Positions 1-10,530 are shown, counted from the first letter of the stretch. The stretch: DNA of 64,000 bases from an uncultured delta proteobacterium (GCA_963745035.1 CAVUVW010000019.1:192001-256000), one strand, 5' to 3'. Notes: generated by a model not told the origin, from the letters alone. Numbers and translations: made by a program.

Positions 1-498
1 CTGACCTTCATTCCCTGGGCATTTCCCGGCACGGCGCTGGCCATCGGCCTGCTCTGGACCTATGTCTACATGCCGCTGCCGATCTACGGCACGCTCTGGA
101 TTTTGCTGATCGGCTACATCACGCGCTTTTTGCCGTACGGCTTGCGCACGATGACCAGCACCATCGTCCAGCTCCACGACGACCTGCAGCAGGCATCGAT
201 GGTTTGCGGCGCGAGCTTCCTGGCGACGTTCCGGCGCATCTTGCTGCCGCTCTTGCGGCCTGGGTTCATCGCCGGCTGGATCATCCTCGCGACGATCTAT
301 CTGCGCGAATTCAGCATGTCGGTGTTTCTCTATTCGCCCGGCTCCGAGCCGCTGGGACCGCTGCTCTATCATTTTTACGTCGACGGCAATCTCGGGCCGA
401 TGTGCTCGCTGGCGCTGATCGTGAGCGTGGTGTGCATCGCGCTCATCATCGCGGCCCGGCGCATCGGCAAGGCCGGCGGAGCGATCGAGGGACATTGA
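1..498 (+). CDS. Fe3+/FbpB-type ABC transporter permease, C-terminal part (5' truncated by window)
   Basis: Hydrophobic ORF open from base 1; EAA-like loop LQQASMVCGASFLATFRRILLPLLRPG; similar to the permease at 34144. Confidence 0.85.
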   Translation: MTFIPWAFPGTALAIGLLWTYVYMPLPIYGTLWILLIGYITRFLPYGLRTMTSTIVQLHDDLQQASMVCGASFLATFRRILLPLLRPGFIAGWIILATIYLREFSMSVFLYSPGSEPLGPLLYHFYVDGNLGPMCSLALIVSVVCIALIIAARRIGKAGGAIEGH

Positions 499-503
499 GA
501 AGA

Positions 504-533
504 AGGCAATAGGCATTAGGCAACAGGCAACAG
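504..533. repeat. Short tandem heptamer repeat (AGGCAAT/AGGCAAC-like x4)
   Basis: aggcaataggcattaggcaacaggcaacag, intergenic. Confidence 0.7.
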
Positions 534-570
534 TGGCTTAGAAATAGGAGGGGAGCCGTCGATTCCCAGA

Positions 571-605
571 CCAGTACTCCATTACTCCAACACTCCAATA
601 CTCCA
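571..605. repeat. GGAGTAAT-family octamer repeat, half element
   Basis: ccagtactccattactccaacactccaatactcca; related copies at 8379, 25232, 26225, 44231. Confidence 0.85.
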
Positions 606-614
606 AGGATTTCC

Positions 615-1803
615 ATGGATGCAGGCACCGCAAAAAAATTGATCGAGAAAAATCTCTCCTACGACGAGGTGAAGCGGCTGACGGTCAAGCTCGTGCAGCA
701 TGCGAGCCCGCAGACCGAGCTGCTCGAAGCGGAGCCGCAGGTGCTTGGCGCTGATCCGCGACGTGATCAAGCCGGAGCTGGAGCAGTCGGGGCTCAAGCC
801 GTTCGTCGACAAGATGGGAAATCTGGTCTTGCATCTCAAGGGCCGGACGCGCAGCGACCGGCTGATCCTCGTCGGCTATGCCATGTGCGCGGCGCCGAGC
901 ACGATGAAAAATCCCTATTCCGGCGAGATCGTCGACGGCGCGCCGTACAAGCTCGCCGGCGAGTGCGTCTGGGGCCGCGGCGCCTGCGAGCAGAAGGGCA
1001 GCCTGGCGGCGATGATGGCGGCGGTCAAATTCATCGGCGCGGCCAAGGTGGAATTGCCGAGCGATCTATATTTCGTCGTGAGCACCGCCGGCGAGACCGG
1101 CAAGCACGATTCGCTCGTCTACGTTTTGGATCAAGACAAGGTCGAGGCGGACTGGTGCATCATCGACGGCCCGCCGGAAATTCAGCTTGGCAACAAGGGC
1201 CGGGTGGATGTGCGTGTCATCGTGCGCGGCAAGCAGTCGCACAGCAGCCGGCCGTGGGAAGGAATCGACGCCATCGCCGGGGCGATGAAAGTTCTGGAGA
1301 AGTTAAAGCCGCTGATGCCGTATCCGGAGACAAAAGCTCACCCGGAGCTCGGCAAAGTGAGCTTGACGCCGAACGCCATCGAGAGCTTCCCGAAGGCCAC
1401 CCACACGATCCAGAGCGAGTGCCGCATCATGTTCGACCGCCGTTTGCTGCCGGGAGACGATCCGAACAAGGCGATCCAGCAAATGAAAGATGCCATCGGC
1501 AAGATCGAACCGTACGAGATCGAGGTGCAGCCGCGCGACTTCATGTATCCGAGCGAGGTAGGGAAAGACGCCGAAGTCGTCGGCGCGCTCGAAAACGGCA
1601 TACGCGCCATGCTCGGCTACGAGCCCAAGTTTTCGTTCTCGACAGCGGCCAACGACACCGGGTTATTCAACTTCCGCGAGATTCAGGCGGTCAACTACGG
1701 CGCGCGGCATATCCAATTCCAGCACACCGATCACGATCTGGTGCCGCTGGACAACGTATTCAATGCGGCCAAGGTTTTCGCGTTTCTCGCTATTCACCGA
1801 TAA
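615..1803 (+). CDS. M20/ArgE-DapE family metallopeptidase/deacylase (frameshift near 745)
   Basis: ORFs 615 and 700 join; motifs VWGRGACEQKGSLAAM, GETG, GKQSHSSRPWEGIDAI, QHTDHD. Confidence 0.85.
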
Positions 1804-1815
1804 ACGCGGCGTGAC

Positions 1816-1906
1816 GTTCAAGAGTTCAAGGTTCAAAACGTTCCGAAAGACGATTTGAACTTGTTTGAACGGCTTGAACGGAGGCTGTCCGCAGCCGGTT
1901 GAACGG
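1816..1906. repeat. Inverted GTTCAA/TTGAAC repeat element between convergent genes
   Basis: gttcaagagttcaaggttcaa ... ttgaacttgtttgaacggcttgaac ... ttgaac. Confidence 0.7.
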
Positions 1907-2599
1907 CTACCCTTCTTCGTGCTTTTTCAGCATCCTGACGTAGTATTCCCATAAATTGATCATCGCATCCGGGCGGTAAATCCGCTTGCGCTTGAGCAGC
2001 GCGTCCGCGTCGGTGGCCCAGGAAAACGCGCCCATGGATGCGGCCGTAACTTGCGTCTTAGCGCTGTGCTCGAGCAGCACGCCGCGAATGCAGGCTTCCT
2101 CGATGGAGGGGCCGGCGACGACGATGCCGTGGTTGCGCAGCAGCACGATCTGATGCACGCCGAGCAGCTTTGCCACGCTCACGCCTTGCTCCGCCGTGAC
2201 GATCAGGTCGGAGGACTCCTCGAACTTGTTGATCGCGGGCGGGTAGAAGGCGCAGCTCAAGTTGGTGATCGGCAGCAGCCGATGCTCGGACGATGCGATG
2301 ATCGTCGAGTACGTCGGGTGGGTGTGAATCACGCAGCGGATGTCCGGATTGGTCCGATAAACTTCGCTGTGAATCGGGAACTCGTTGTGGCGCTTGCGCT
2401 TGCCGGCCAAGGTGTTGCCTTCGAAATCGATCAGCACCATATCGTCTGCGGTCGCTTCTTCGAGACCGATGCCCGAGCCTTTGATCCAGTATTGACCCGG
2501 CGTGTCGGTGAGCGCGGAGACGTGGCCATAGATCATGTCGTTGTGGCCTTGCATGGCCAAAACCCGGCACGCAGTCGCAAGCTTCTCTTGTAAAGTCAT
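1907..2599 (-). CDS. Class II aldolase/adducin family protein
   Basis: GHVSA, EFPIHSEVY, VIHTHP, LLRNHG zinc motifs. Confidence 0.9.
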   Translation of the reverse strand: MTLQEKLATACRVLAMQGHNDMIYGHVSALTDTPGQYWIKGSGIGLEEATADDMVLIDFEGNTLAGKRKRHNEFPIHSEVYRTNPDIRCVIHTHPTYSTIIASSEHRLLPITNLSCAFYPPAINKFEESSDLIVTAEQGVSVAKLLGVHQIVLLRNHGIVVAGPSIEEACIRGVLLEHSAKTQVTAASMGAFSWATDADALLKRKRIYRPDAMINLWEYYVRMLKKHEEG

Positions 2600-2629
2600 G
2601 GAGCTTCCTCCGGATGAAAGACGGCGAAT

Positions 2630-3397
2630 TTAACCGAGCAGTAGATTGGCGCCATGGGTGAGGCGCAGGTCGAAGGGTTTTGCGTGCGCCCCACCGCGCA
2701 GCACGGCGGAGTAGGGAGACGGGCCGAAGCGGCGCAGCCAGTCGACCAGCGGGCTTGCCGCGTCGCGCGGCGCGAGGAAATCCAACATATGAGGTCCGGC
2801 GTTGAAGCGCAGCCCTTCCGCGCCGAGCTCTGGCGCGGCGACCGTTTCGCCTGTTGCGCCGAGCAGCGCGCCGTACCAACTTTCGACGTGCGCCAACTCG
2901 CCGACGGCGACGGTGACCTTGGCGATGCCGTTAACGCCATTGGCGTGCTCGAACTCCTGCGGAACCCGCTCCGTTCGCGGCGTCACGTCTTCGATCAAAA
3001 ACGGCGCAACGCCGCGATGGCTTCCGGTTGCTAGCGACAGCAGCCATTTGAGCTCGTAGCCGTCCGGCCGCTTGCGCGACCAGGGCACCGGCTCATTGAT
3101 CGCAACCCCGGCATCTTTGAGCCTTCTCATGTCGCCGCGCAGGTCGTCGGTTTGAAAACAAAAATCGACCAACCGCTCGCCCTTGCTCAGCGGCTCCCAC
3201 CAGCGATGGTCGACAGCCTCGCGGTAAAAAGCGATGAGCTCCAGATAGGAGCCGTCGGAAAACGAGATGAGAACGTTGTGGCTGCCGACGGGATGTTGTC
3301 CGCCGGAAACGACGGTAAAGCCGAGTTGCTCGTAGTCTTTGGCGGCCTGATCGAGCTCGTTGACCACGATAACCAGGTGATCGATACCTTGAATCAT
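2630..3397 (-). CDS. VOC/glyoxalase-like domain protein
   Basis: IDHLVIVV...GGQHPVGSHNVLI...YLELI, PFLIEDVTPR. Confidence 0.85.
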   Translation of the reverse strand: MIQGIDHLVIVVNELDQAAKDYEQLGFTVVSGGQHPVGSHNVLISFSDGSYLELIAFYREAVDHRWWEPLSKGERLVDFCFQTDDLRGDMRRLKDAGVAINEPVPWSRKRPDGYELKWLLSLATGSHRGVAPFLIEDVTPRTERVPQEFEHANGVNGIAKVTVAVGELAHVESWYGALLGATGETVAAPELGAEGLRFNAGPHMLDFLAPRDAASPLVDWLRRFGPSPYSAVLRGGAHAKPFDLRLTHGANLLLG

Positions 3398-3416
3398 AAA
3401 GGATACAGCTCTGAAT

Positions 3417-4427
3417 TTATTCGATATTTACTCGAATCGCCGGAACCACTTCTTCAAGGAATCGTTTAAGATGCTTGTGCTGGTCCCAGGAGGTCATGCG
3501 CAGGGTGATATGCTCGATGCCTGCGGCAAAGTAGGCCTTCAGCTCGTCGACGCACTGCTTTGGGCTGCCGGCGGTGGTGAATCCTTCGACGAATTTCATG
3601 CTGAAGTTCGACGTGTAGTATTTGTCCAGAAAAGCTTTGCTCTCGTCCAGAGCGGCCTGGCGGTTCTCGTTGATGTTGATGTTGTGGTAGAGCGAGCTGC
3701 CGATCTTCGACGGATCGCGGCCTTCTTCTTTCGCCATCGTCTGAATGCGCGTCCATTGCGATTTGAATTCCTCCGGCGTGACTTTGTTGGTCATCCAGCC
3801 GTCGGCGTGCTTGGCGACGCGGCGTAGTCCTTTTTCAACCGCCGGGGATGGCGCGCTGGCGCCGTCCTTCCAAGTGAGGCCGGTGGGGTTGCTGGCGATC
3901 CAGATCGGTAACGGATTTTGCACCGGGCGTGGTTGGATGGTCACGCCTTCGAATTGATAATATTTTCCCTGATGCGACGCTTTTTCTTCGTGAAAAAGTT
4001 TTTTGAGAATGACGATGCCTTCTTCGAGACGGCTGACTCTTTCAGTGTCTTTGATGCCCATGACTTTGTGCTCGAGCGCTTGAGCCGGACTCTGCTCGTT
4101 GGGTCCGCCCAGACAAACCGCCAGCCAGGATCGGCCGCCGGAAATCACGTCAAGGCTCGCCCATTGCTGCGCGAGGAGCGCGGGATGGCGCTGGGGAAAC
4201 GTCGCCATGCAGCCGACGGCAAGCTTGACCTTCTTCGTGATCGCCGCCAGCGCCGAGAGGAGCGCGATGGATTCCAGACGCGGCTTGGCGAGCAGGCTGT
4301 CGCCGACCCATACGGCGCTGAAGGCGCCGGAGTCCTCGCCGCGCTTGGCCATATCGAAAAGTTCCGGAACCGTGACCGCGCCGATGATCACGCCGCGGTT
4401 TGCCAGTGTCAGTCCAAATGACGCCAT
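3417..4427 (-). CDS. LLM-class flavin-dependent oxidoreductase
   Basis: Start MASFGLTLANRG; VWVGDSLLAKPRLE, LAQQWASLDVISGGR, PIWIA. Confidence 0.9.
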   Translation of the reverse strand: MASFGLTLANRGVIIGAVTVPELFDMAKRGEDSGAFSAVWVGDSLLAKPRLESIALLSALAAITKKVKLAVGCMATFPQRHPALLAQQWASLDVISGGRSWLAVCLGGPNEQSPAQALEHKVMGIKDTERVSRLEEGIVILKKLFHEEKASHQGKYYQFEGVTIQPRPVQNPLPIWIASNPTGLTWKDGASAPSPAVEKGLRRVAKHADGWMTNKVTPEEFKSQWTRIQTMAKEEGRDPSKIGSSLYHNININENRQAALDESKAFLDKYYTSNFSMKFVEGFTTAGSPKQCVDELKAYFAAGIEHITLRMTSWDQHKHLKRFLEEVVPAIRVNIE

Positions 4428-4505
4428 AGATCGCCTTTCGCAAAGTCGAAGTTGACTGGGCGGTATATAACACAGCGAACCGCGCAATGCGAAAAGTGCC
4501 GACCG

Positions 4506-4593
4506 TTTCACCGCAGAGGCGCGAAGTTCGCAGAGTCGGAGGTTTCTTTCGAGGGATTTTACACTCTGCGTTCTCTGCGCCTCCGCGGTGAAA
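4506..4593. repeat. Palindromic CACCGCAGAG...CTCTGCGGTG element
   Basis: tttcaccgcagaggcgcgaag ... ctctgcgcctccgcggtgaaa; second copy at 42782-42869. Confidence 0.8.
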
Positions 4594-4686
4594 TCCTTGC
4601 GCTGCCTGCGGCACAATAGTTGGACTTAACCATAGGCGCGTGTTAGTCCTCGACGAAAATCAATCTGCTTGTGACGGAGAAAGAAA

Positions 4687-6265
4687 ATGAAGGCGAGCTT
4701 TCGCGATTACATCCATACTCTACGAAAGAACGGGGAGCTGCTCGAGATCGAAAAACCGGTCGATTTGCGCAACGTCGCCGCTTTGGTGGCGCAATCCGAC
4801 AAGGCGCTGCTGTTCAAGAACGTGACCGGGATATTCGATGCCGGTAGTGTCCGGCTTGCTCCAGTCGCGCAATCGCATCGCCCTCGGCATGGGCGTCGCT
4901 TACGAAAACATCGCCGAGAAACTCGCGAGCGCGATGGACAAGCCGATAAAACCGAAGCGGATCGCCAATGCGCCGGTAAAAGAAGTCATTCGGACCGGGA
5001 AGAAAGTGGATCTGTACGATTTGCCTGTGCCGGTATTTTCCGTCATGGACGGCGGGCCGATGATCACGGGCGCAGTCGTGATCGCCGAAGACCCCGAGTT
5101 CGGTATGAACGCCGGCATGTACCGGCTGATGCTCAAGGAAAGAAACATCACCGGCATCGATATCGTTACGCCCAACAATATGCGCCGCTTCGCCGAGCGC
5201 GCGCTGGCGAAAAAAAAGCCGCTGCCGATCTCGATCTCCATCGGCACTCATCCGTACGAGCTGGTATCGTCTACATTTAAAGCCAATCTCGGCGTGAATG
5301 AGCTCACCTTCTCCGGCGGACTGCGCAATGAACCGCTGCGGTTGGCGGACGGAGAGACCGTCCCCGTGCCGTGCATCGCCGATGCCGAGATAGTCTTGGA
5401 AGGGGAGATCCTGCCGGAGGGCTGGGTGCATCCCGAAGGGCCGTTTTGCGAGTTCAATCGGCTGATGGGCGGGCTGCACATGAACCCGCGCGTGCGCATC
5501 AAGTCGATCATGCACCGCAAGGATGCGATGTACTATGCGCTGCAGATGCCTTGGGAGAATATCTGGATGAGCGCGCCGATCTACGAAGCGGCGGCGCGGC
5601 GCGTGCTGTTCGAAGCGGGCGTCCAGACTAAAGCGATCAACGTCACTCCCGGCGGCTGCTGCCACTGGCACATCGTCGCGTCGATCAAGAAGGCGCCCGG
5701 CGACGGCAAGAACGCGATCATGGCGCTGCTTTCGATCGCCGATATCAAGCACGTGACGATCGTCGATGACGACATCGACGTGTTCGATCCCGTCGACGTC
5801 GAATGGGCGGTGGCGACGCGCGTACAGGCCGATCGCGACGTGCTCATCGTGCCCAACGCGCGGGCAAAGCCGCTCGACCCATCGTTGCCCCTGCCGATTC
5901 ACGGCAAAGTGCCGACGACGGCAAAGATGGGAATCGACGCCACGATTCCGGAAAATATTCCGGCGGACCGCTACAAGCGCATCGTTTACTTTAATGAAGG
6001 AAAAGTGGATCTGAAAAATTATGTCGGGCATGCCGAGAACGGCAAGAAGCCTGCTGCCGCGAGAACTGCCGAAACCGTCGAAGAGCTCATTGAGAAAATT
6101 GCCTCAACTCTCGAGAAGTCGCATTACTTCTTCGCCGATCTTCTCGATAAATTCCCGAAGGCGGAGTACAAGACCGTCGCGAGCGCCGTCGCGCGGTTGT
6201 ATGAAGAGGGAAGAATCGTGCAGGATAAAGATGGGAAGTTTGAATTGCGAAGCCAAGTAAACTAG
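4687..6265 (+). CDS. UbiD family prFMN-dependent decarboxylase with C-terminal extension (frameshift near 4835)
   Basis: ORFs 4687 and 4838 join; NAGMYR, EGPFCEF, VDDDIDVFDPVDVEWAVATR, KMGIDAT. Confidence 0.9.
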
Positions 6266-6266
6266 C

Positions 6267-6962
6267 TCAGAACGTCCTCTCACGCTCCCGGCGCACGATC
6301 GTCAATCCGATCAGCCGAGAGACCACCACGGCGATATAAGCGACGCCGGCGAACTGTTCGAACATCACCAGAACCCGGGCCGCCGAGGTGATCGGCAGGA
6401 TATCGCCGACACCGACGGCCGAAAGATTGGTGAAGCTCAGAAACAAAAGCTCGAGGAAGGTCCGCGCCTGTCCGGAGTTGGTTCCGCCGATGAAGCTCCC
6501 CGGGTACCAAGTCTGGCAGACCAGGTACAGGTAGGCGAAGCCCCACGCGATCAGCGTGAAGGTAGCGCCCGCGGCGAACAACTCGTCGGGGGTCACCCGG
6601 TGATCGCCCATCATGTAGGCAATCAGGCTGCCGGCGGCATAGAAATACAGTGCCGCCTCCAGCAGCGATGACCACGCCAACAAAGCGGGATCGACAATCA
6701 GCGCGGACAGCAGCGACAACACGAACGCCGGGATTGCGATGACCCATGCGATCCAGTCGATCGCCGGGGTGCGGTTGACGACCCAGACCGCCAACAAGAG
6801 GACCAATACGCTGAAAGCTCCGAGCAATGCCCGGCCGCTGTGAGCGCCGTCGAACGCGGCATACAGCGGCAGGCTCAACAATTGCGCGGCAAGCAAGAAT
6901 GCGGATGGGTGATGGCTCGCAAGGGCACGCCGGAGCGAAAACGAAAGGTTCTGGTCATTCAT
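6267..6962 (-). CDS. Ion channel (Ion_trans_2-like) membrane protein
   Basis: Several TM helices; pore-like SFTNLSAVGVGDILP. Confidence 0.75.
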   Translation of the reverse strand: MNDQNLSFSLRRALASHHPSAFLLAAQLLSLPLYAAFDGAHSGRALLGAFSVLVLLLAVWVVNRTPAIDWIAWVIAIPAFVLSLLSALIVDPALLAWSSLLEAALYFYAAGSLIAYMMGDHRVTPDELFAAGATFTLIAWGFAYLYLVCQTWYPGSFIGGTNSGQARTFLELLFLSFTNLSAVGVGDILPITSAARVLVMFEQFAGVAYIAVVVSRLIGLTIVRRERERTF

Positions 6963-7033
6963 TGCCGCGGGAGCGCAACAAATCGCATGCCGCATTCGGC
7001 ATTTGAACTTTTGAATCCCTGGAGCAGCCTGAT

Positions 7034-7444
7034 TCAGAACATGCTGGGTTGAAGGAGAATGTCGCCGCTCTGGCCGCTGGCGACTCTCAGAATCCGCTGA
7101 CGCTCCGGCATAACAACCACCGCCGTCTCGGATGTGCCGCCGCCGCAAATGCCGTTGGATGTGACGACGACGCTGTGCTCTCCGACGGCTACGAATACTT
7201 CGACCTTTTCCGAGGGCGCCAGGTCGGCGACGGGCACGGCATCGACAAAGACGCGGATCGTGCACGCCGATCCCATGAAGCCGCTGTCGCGCTTTACGAT
7301 CAGGCTCCCCGTATTCGACGCCTGAGCTAACAACTGCGGCGCCAAGATCCGGGAGGCGGGCACCGCCGCCGCTTGGTTGATCGTGACCGGCGTTGTCGCG
7401 CATGCCGTGAATGGAAAAAGCAGAAGTATCGTTAAGTAGCGCAT
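7034..7444 (-). CDS. Putative lipoprotein
   Basis: MRYLTILLLFPFTAC signal/lipobox; RBS ggaggg; VKRDSGFMGSAC. Confidence 0.7.
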   Translation of the reverse strand: MRYLTILLLFPFTACATTPVTINQAAAVPASRILAPQLLAQASNTGSLIVKRDSGFMGSACTIRVFVDAVPVADLAPSEKVEVFVAVGEHSVVVTSNGICGGGTSETAVVVMPERQRILRVASGQSGDILLQPSMF

Positions 7445-7562
7445 AGGCCCTCCCGACAAGGTAGGGACATTCATCTCAAAGAAATGATAACGACGCAATC
7501 TACGATGATCGGTCGCCAGCCACGCTTCTTCAGCAAATGCTACACGGTCGCCGGCGCGCCGG

Positions 7563-8363
7563 CTAAACTGTGATTATCTTCGCCTGCTTCTCGATCAGCG
7601 TCCAACCGATTTCTCCCGCAGGTTTGAAATCGCTGATCACCGATTCGTAGATTGTTCGCAAATGGCGCCACGGATTTTCGTCGCGGTAGAAGCGGTGGAG
7701 AAAGAGCATGTCGGTCAACAGGCTGAGCATCCAATTGACGTCCGTCGTGTAGCCGATGACGGCGCGGCAACCGGAGGCCTCGAGAAATGTCTTGGCGAAG
7801 CGCTGGCCGTTACGGCCCTTGAGCACGCTGCATGCCGCGAAGTAGACGAGATTGTTTCTGACGCCGAAGCCTTTGAAGGCGTCGCAGAGCGGCTGCTCGC
7901 CGATCGATTCGAGCACCGATTTTACTGCGCGGGGCGCGCCGTGAAAGGCGAGGTAAAAGATCGGCGCGTCAACGGCGCCCGGATCGCGCCAGAGCAGGCC
8001 TTCGGGTGATGCCGTGTAGTGCGCGAGGCCCCGCTGGGATTCGACGAAGCGATGGGCGAGCTGCAGCGGTGGGTCGTGGAGCGGTCCCATAGACTCGAAG
8101 AAGCCTTTCACGGACATCGTCTGAAAAAGGCGATTGTCCCAGTACGATTCCAGAACGACGAGCTTCGCGGGCACGCGCCGGCCGCGATCGACGCTCGGCC
8201 AAGTCGGATGTCCCGCGCGGGCGCAGGCAGCGAACCATTGCGGCGATTCCTTCGGGCAAGTTTCGACGCAGCAATGGCTGCACACGGTGCTCTTGCCGTC
8301 GTAGCAGGGGAACGATTCCTCAGGTTTGATATCGTGCTTCCAGTAACAGAGGTCGGTGGGCAT
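7563..8363 (-). CDS. Cys-rich N-terminal domain fused to a caspase/CHAT-like (DUF6642-like) domain
   Basis: Start MPTDLCYWKH; CSHCCVETC; FYLAFHG and VYFAACS His/Cys dyad; VIGYTTDVNW. Confidence 0.6.
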   Translation of the reverse strand: MPTDLCYWKHDIKPEESFPCYDGKSTVCSHCCVETCPKESPQWFAACARAGHPTWPSVDRGRRVPAKLVVLESYWDNRLFQTMSVKGFFESMGPLHDPPLQLAHRFVESQRGLAHYTASPEGLLWRDPGAVDAPIFYLAFHGAPRAVKSVLESIGEQPLCDAFKGFGVRNNLVYFAACSVLKGRNGQRFAKTFLEASGCRAVIGYTTDVNWMLSLLTDMLFLHRFYRDENPWRHLRTIYESVISDFKPAGEIGWTLIEKQAKIITV

Positions 8364-8378
8364 GGGAGGGTTTAAGAG

Positions 8379-8413
8379 TTGGAGTGATGGAGTATTGGAG
8401 TTGTGGAGTAATG
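8379..8413. repeat. GGAGTAAT-family octamer repeat
   Basis: ttggagtgatggagtattggagttgtggagtaatg. Confidence 0.85.
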
Positions 8414-8437
8414 TAAGCGGCAGTGAACTGCGTTCCA

Positions 8438-9291
8438 TCAATACAGCACCGAAGGCAGATAGGCGCCCGCCGGTTCGTTGTAAAGACCGATCGTCATCAG
8501 GGTCAGGACCTGTGACGACGCGCAGGCGTTGGCTCAGGCACCACTGGAATAGCGCGGCATTCCGGAGCGGCACGAGAATACCCGGGCCGGCGAAAGCTGG
8601 CGCGGCGCCGATCAGCGCCATGAGGTCCCGATTGGTCTCGCCGACGGCGTGAGCAAGAAAACCCAGATCGGTCGCGTAGCCGGTCACACGGTCATTGTGT
8701 TCCACGACCGTCGCCGTGCCCAGCTTGATCGCGTCGAGGGTCTCTCCCGCGCGGTCGTGACCGTGGACGGACATGCAGACGCGATTGCACGCTTCAAGAT
8801 CTGACTCGACGGCCCGCCGCACGTGATAGCCGGCGGGCACGTTCCCGATCGCAGATCCTTGCATGCAGGCGATAGACTCGCGAGGGAGAAAACCGAGGCT
8901 TGCATAGAGCGCGAGGGAGCGGCTGTGATAGGCGGACTGTAGCAGCCGCACCCCGGCAAATTTCCGCTCGTCGGCTCGGTCGAGAACGGCCTGCATGAGG
9001 CGGCGACCCGTACCCCGATTCTGAATCTTTGGATCCACTGTAATGGGACCGACACCGGCGATCGGCGAGCGCTCGTCGAGAAAATTGCTGCCGACGACTT
9101 CTCCCCCCGCTTCGGCGACGACGCTGAAGAAGCCCGGATGTGACAGCAGCATCGTGATCAGATCCGTTGCGACTTCCACCGAAGGAAAGTCGGGCGGAAA
9201 GTTATGCTGCCGCGCGATTGCTTCAAACGCCTCATAACAGATTCTGCCGCACGCGCTGCTATCCGTTGGTCTGCCGGGTCGCAAACGTCAT
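8438..9291 (-). CDS. GNAT family N-acetyltransferase (frameshifts near 9285 and 8510)
   Basis: VGPITVDPKIQNRGTGRRLM acetyl-CoA motif; alternate frame gives the end GAYLPSVLY*. Confidence 0.85.
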
Positions 9292-9339
9292 AGGGATCTG
9301 AGGATCTTGGGAATTTGCCATCGTTACCATCCTGTTCCA

Positions 9340-9622
9340 AAATAGACAGTGCTTTGGTAAGTCGAAAAACGGCTTGCCGATAGGCTCCGTTTTCAGCAGT
9401 AAGACTATTGTAACGATTACGTAAATCAAGGAAGGGACCGAGATAATCCGCTTATCTCATGAGTGCAGATGAGTTTTAAAACTGAAACAATCTTCATCTT
9501 GGGTAATATGAGTTCAAGGAGTTTTCGGATCAGTGACCTATCTCGGATGAAAGATTCCGTTGTCAAGGCCGGTAAAAGAAGAATTCGTCTCGCGTATCGA
9601 AATTCAATAGAATATCGCCCAT
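9340..9622 (-). pseudogene. Decayed AT-rich cassette ORF following attC
   Basis: ggagg RBS + ATG at 9622 just after the GTTAGGC core; several stops; low GC. Confidence 0.4.
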
Positions 9623-9647
9623 AAATCCTCCGGTGAGCGATCGTGGA

Positions 9648-9706
9648 GCCTAACGCTTGGGTGAGAAACGCGGTCCACCGCGTCCTTCTCAACCCAATAG
9701 TTAGAC
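9648..9706 (-). mobile_element. Integron attC site (59 bp)
   Basis: Minus strand GTCTAAC-TATTGGGTTGAGAAGGACGCGGTGGACCGCGTTTCTCACCCAAGC-GTTAGGC: RYYYAAC/GTTRRRY ends, palindromic, unpaired extra T in left arm, upstream gene's TAA lies inside GTCTAAC. Confidence 0.85.
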
Positions 9707-10481
9707 CCCACACTGCTCAATCTGCCCATCAATACATAGGAATCCGGAGTGTCGAAAGTACAGAAGTTCATAATTCGAGGAGAATTCGTAAATCACACCG
9801 ACGAATCGAATCCCAAACCTCGCTGAATAAAAGCCGGACCGCCACTAAGACCACCAAGATCCGCGAGGTGATCTGTCCCTCTATTATCAAGCACTTGAAC
9901 CCAGTACTCACGGCCAAGTGTTTTTCAGATCGGGAATTGCCGGCTTAACCCGCTGTCACAGCTTATTTCGGAAGACAAAAATCTAGATCTGGCCGTTATT
10001 GGGCTTCGAGACGATCAAGCCAAAGAGATTACGGAAGATGGCGAGATTGGATCGTCGTTTTTCCGTCCGATTCTTGGCCCCCAAAGCCAGTGGCGAAGGG
10101 TGACTTCATCGCGTTTGGGGGTTTTCCCGGCCAATGGCGTTCACAGTTGCATTCTGATGCGCTGGAGTTTGGAACGTACGGGATCGGCGCTTCTGGCGTC
10201 ACCACGGTAAGCGACGCTTATTTCGTATCGCAGTTCGAGCGTCCCTGTCGCAGTCGTTCTCTGAAAGAAGTAATCACGTGCGAACACGTGATCGCGAGGG
10301 GCCCATTTCCAAAATCTATAAGGGAGGCCGTACCGTTGTTGATTCTTGCAGGCGCATGCGGCGACGGGAGATCGCCAAAGAGGATTGCCTTTGCAAAGCG
10401 CAATGGAAACTTGGACATCTCTCGGCCCAGAGGACCTGCGGCCAACTTCTTTGCTTCCTCAGGGGAAATAGTTGATGACAT
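9701..10481 (-). pseudogene. Trypsin-like serine protease cassette gene with internal segment 9910-10242 inverted
   Basis: His motif AITCSHV (minus), Asp motif DLAVI and GGFPG (plus), Ser motif GGLSGGP (minus); re-inversion joins both junctions in frame. Confidence 0.8.
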
Positions 10482-10493
10482 TCTTATTACAAG

Positions 10494-10530
10494 GTCTAAC
10501 TGGTCTAACTATTGAGTGAGCTGCCGTAGG
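10494..10530 (-). mobile_element. Right half of attC site with duplicated GTTAGAC core
   Basis: Minus strand ...cctacggcagctcactcaataGTTAGACcaGTTAGAC, 12 bp upstream of the protease ATG. Confidence 0.55.

Noticed and set aside
6267-7444. Lipoprotein and channel genes as further integron cassettes
   Set aside because: No attC-like RYYYAAC...GTTRRRY palindrome found flanking them
7563-9284. 573-aa GNAT-protease fusion ORF
   Set aside because: A frameshift near 8510 bypasses the GNAT stop at 8438, and the linker is the translated GGAGT repeat; these are two separate genes
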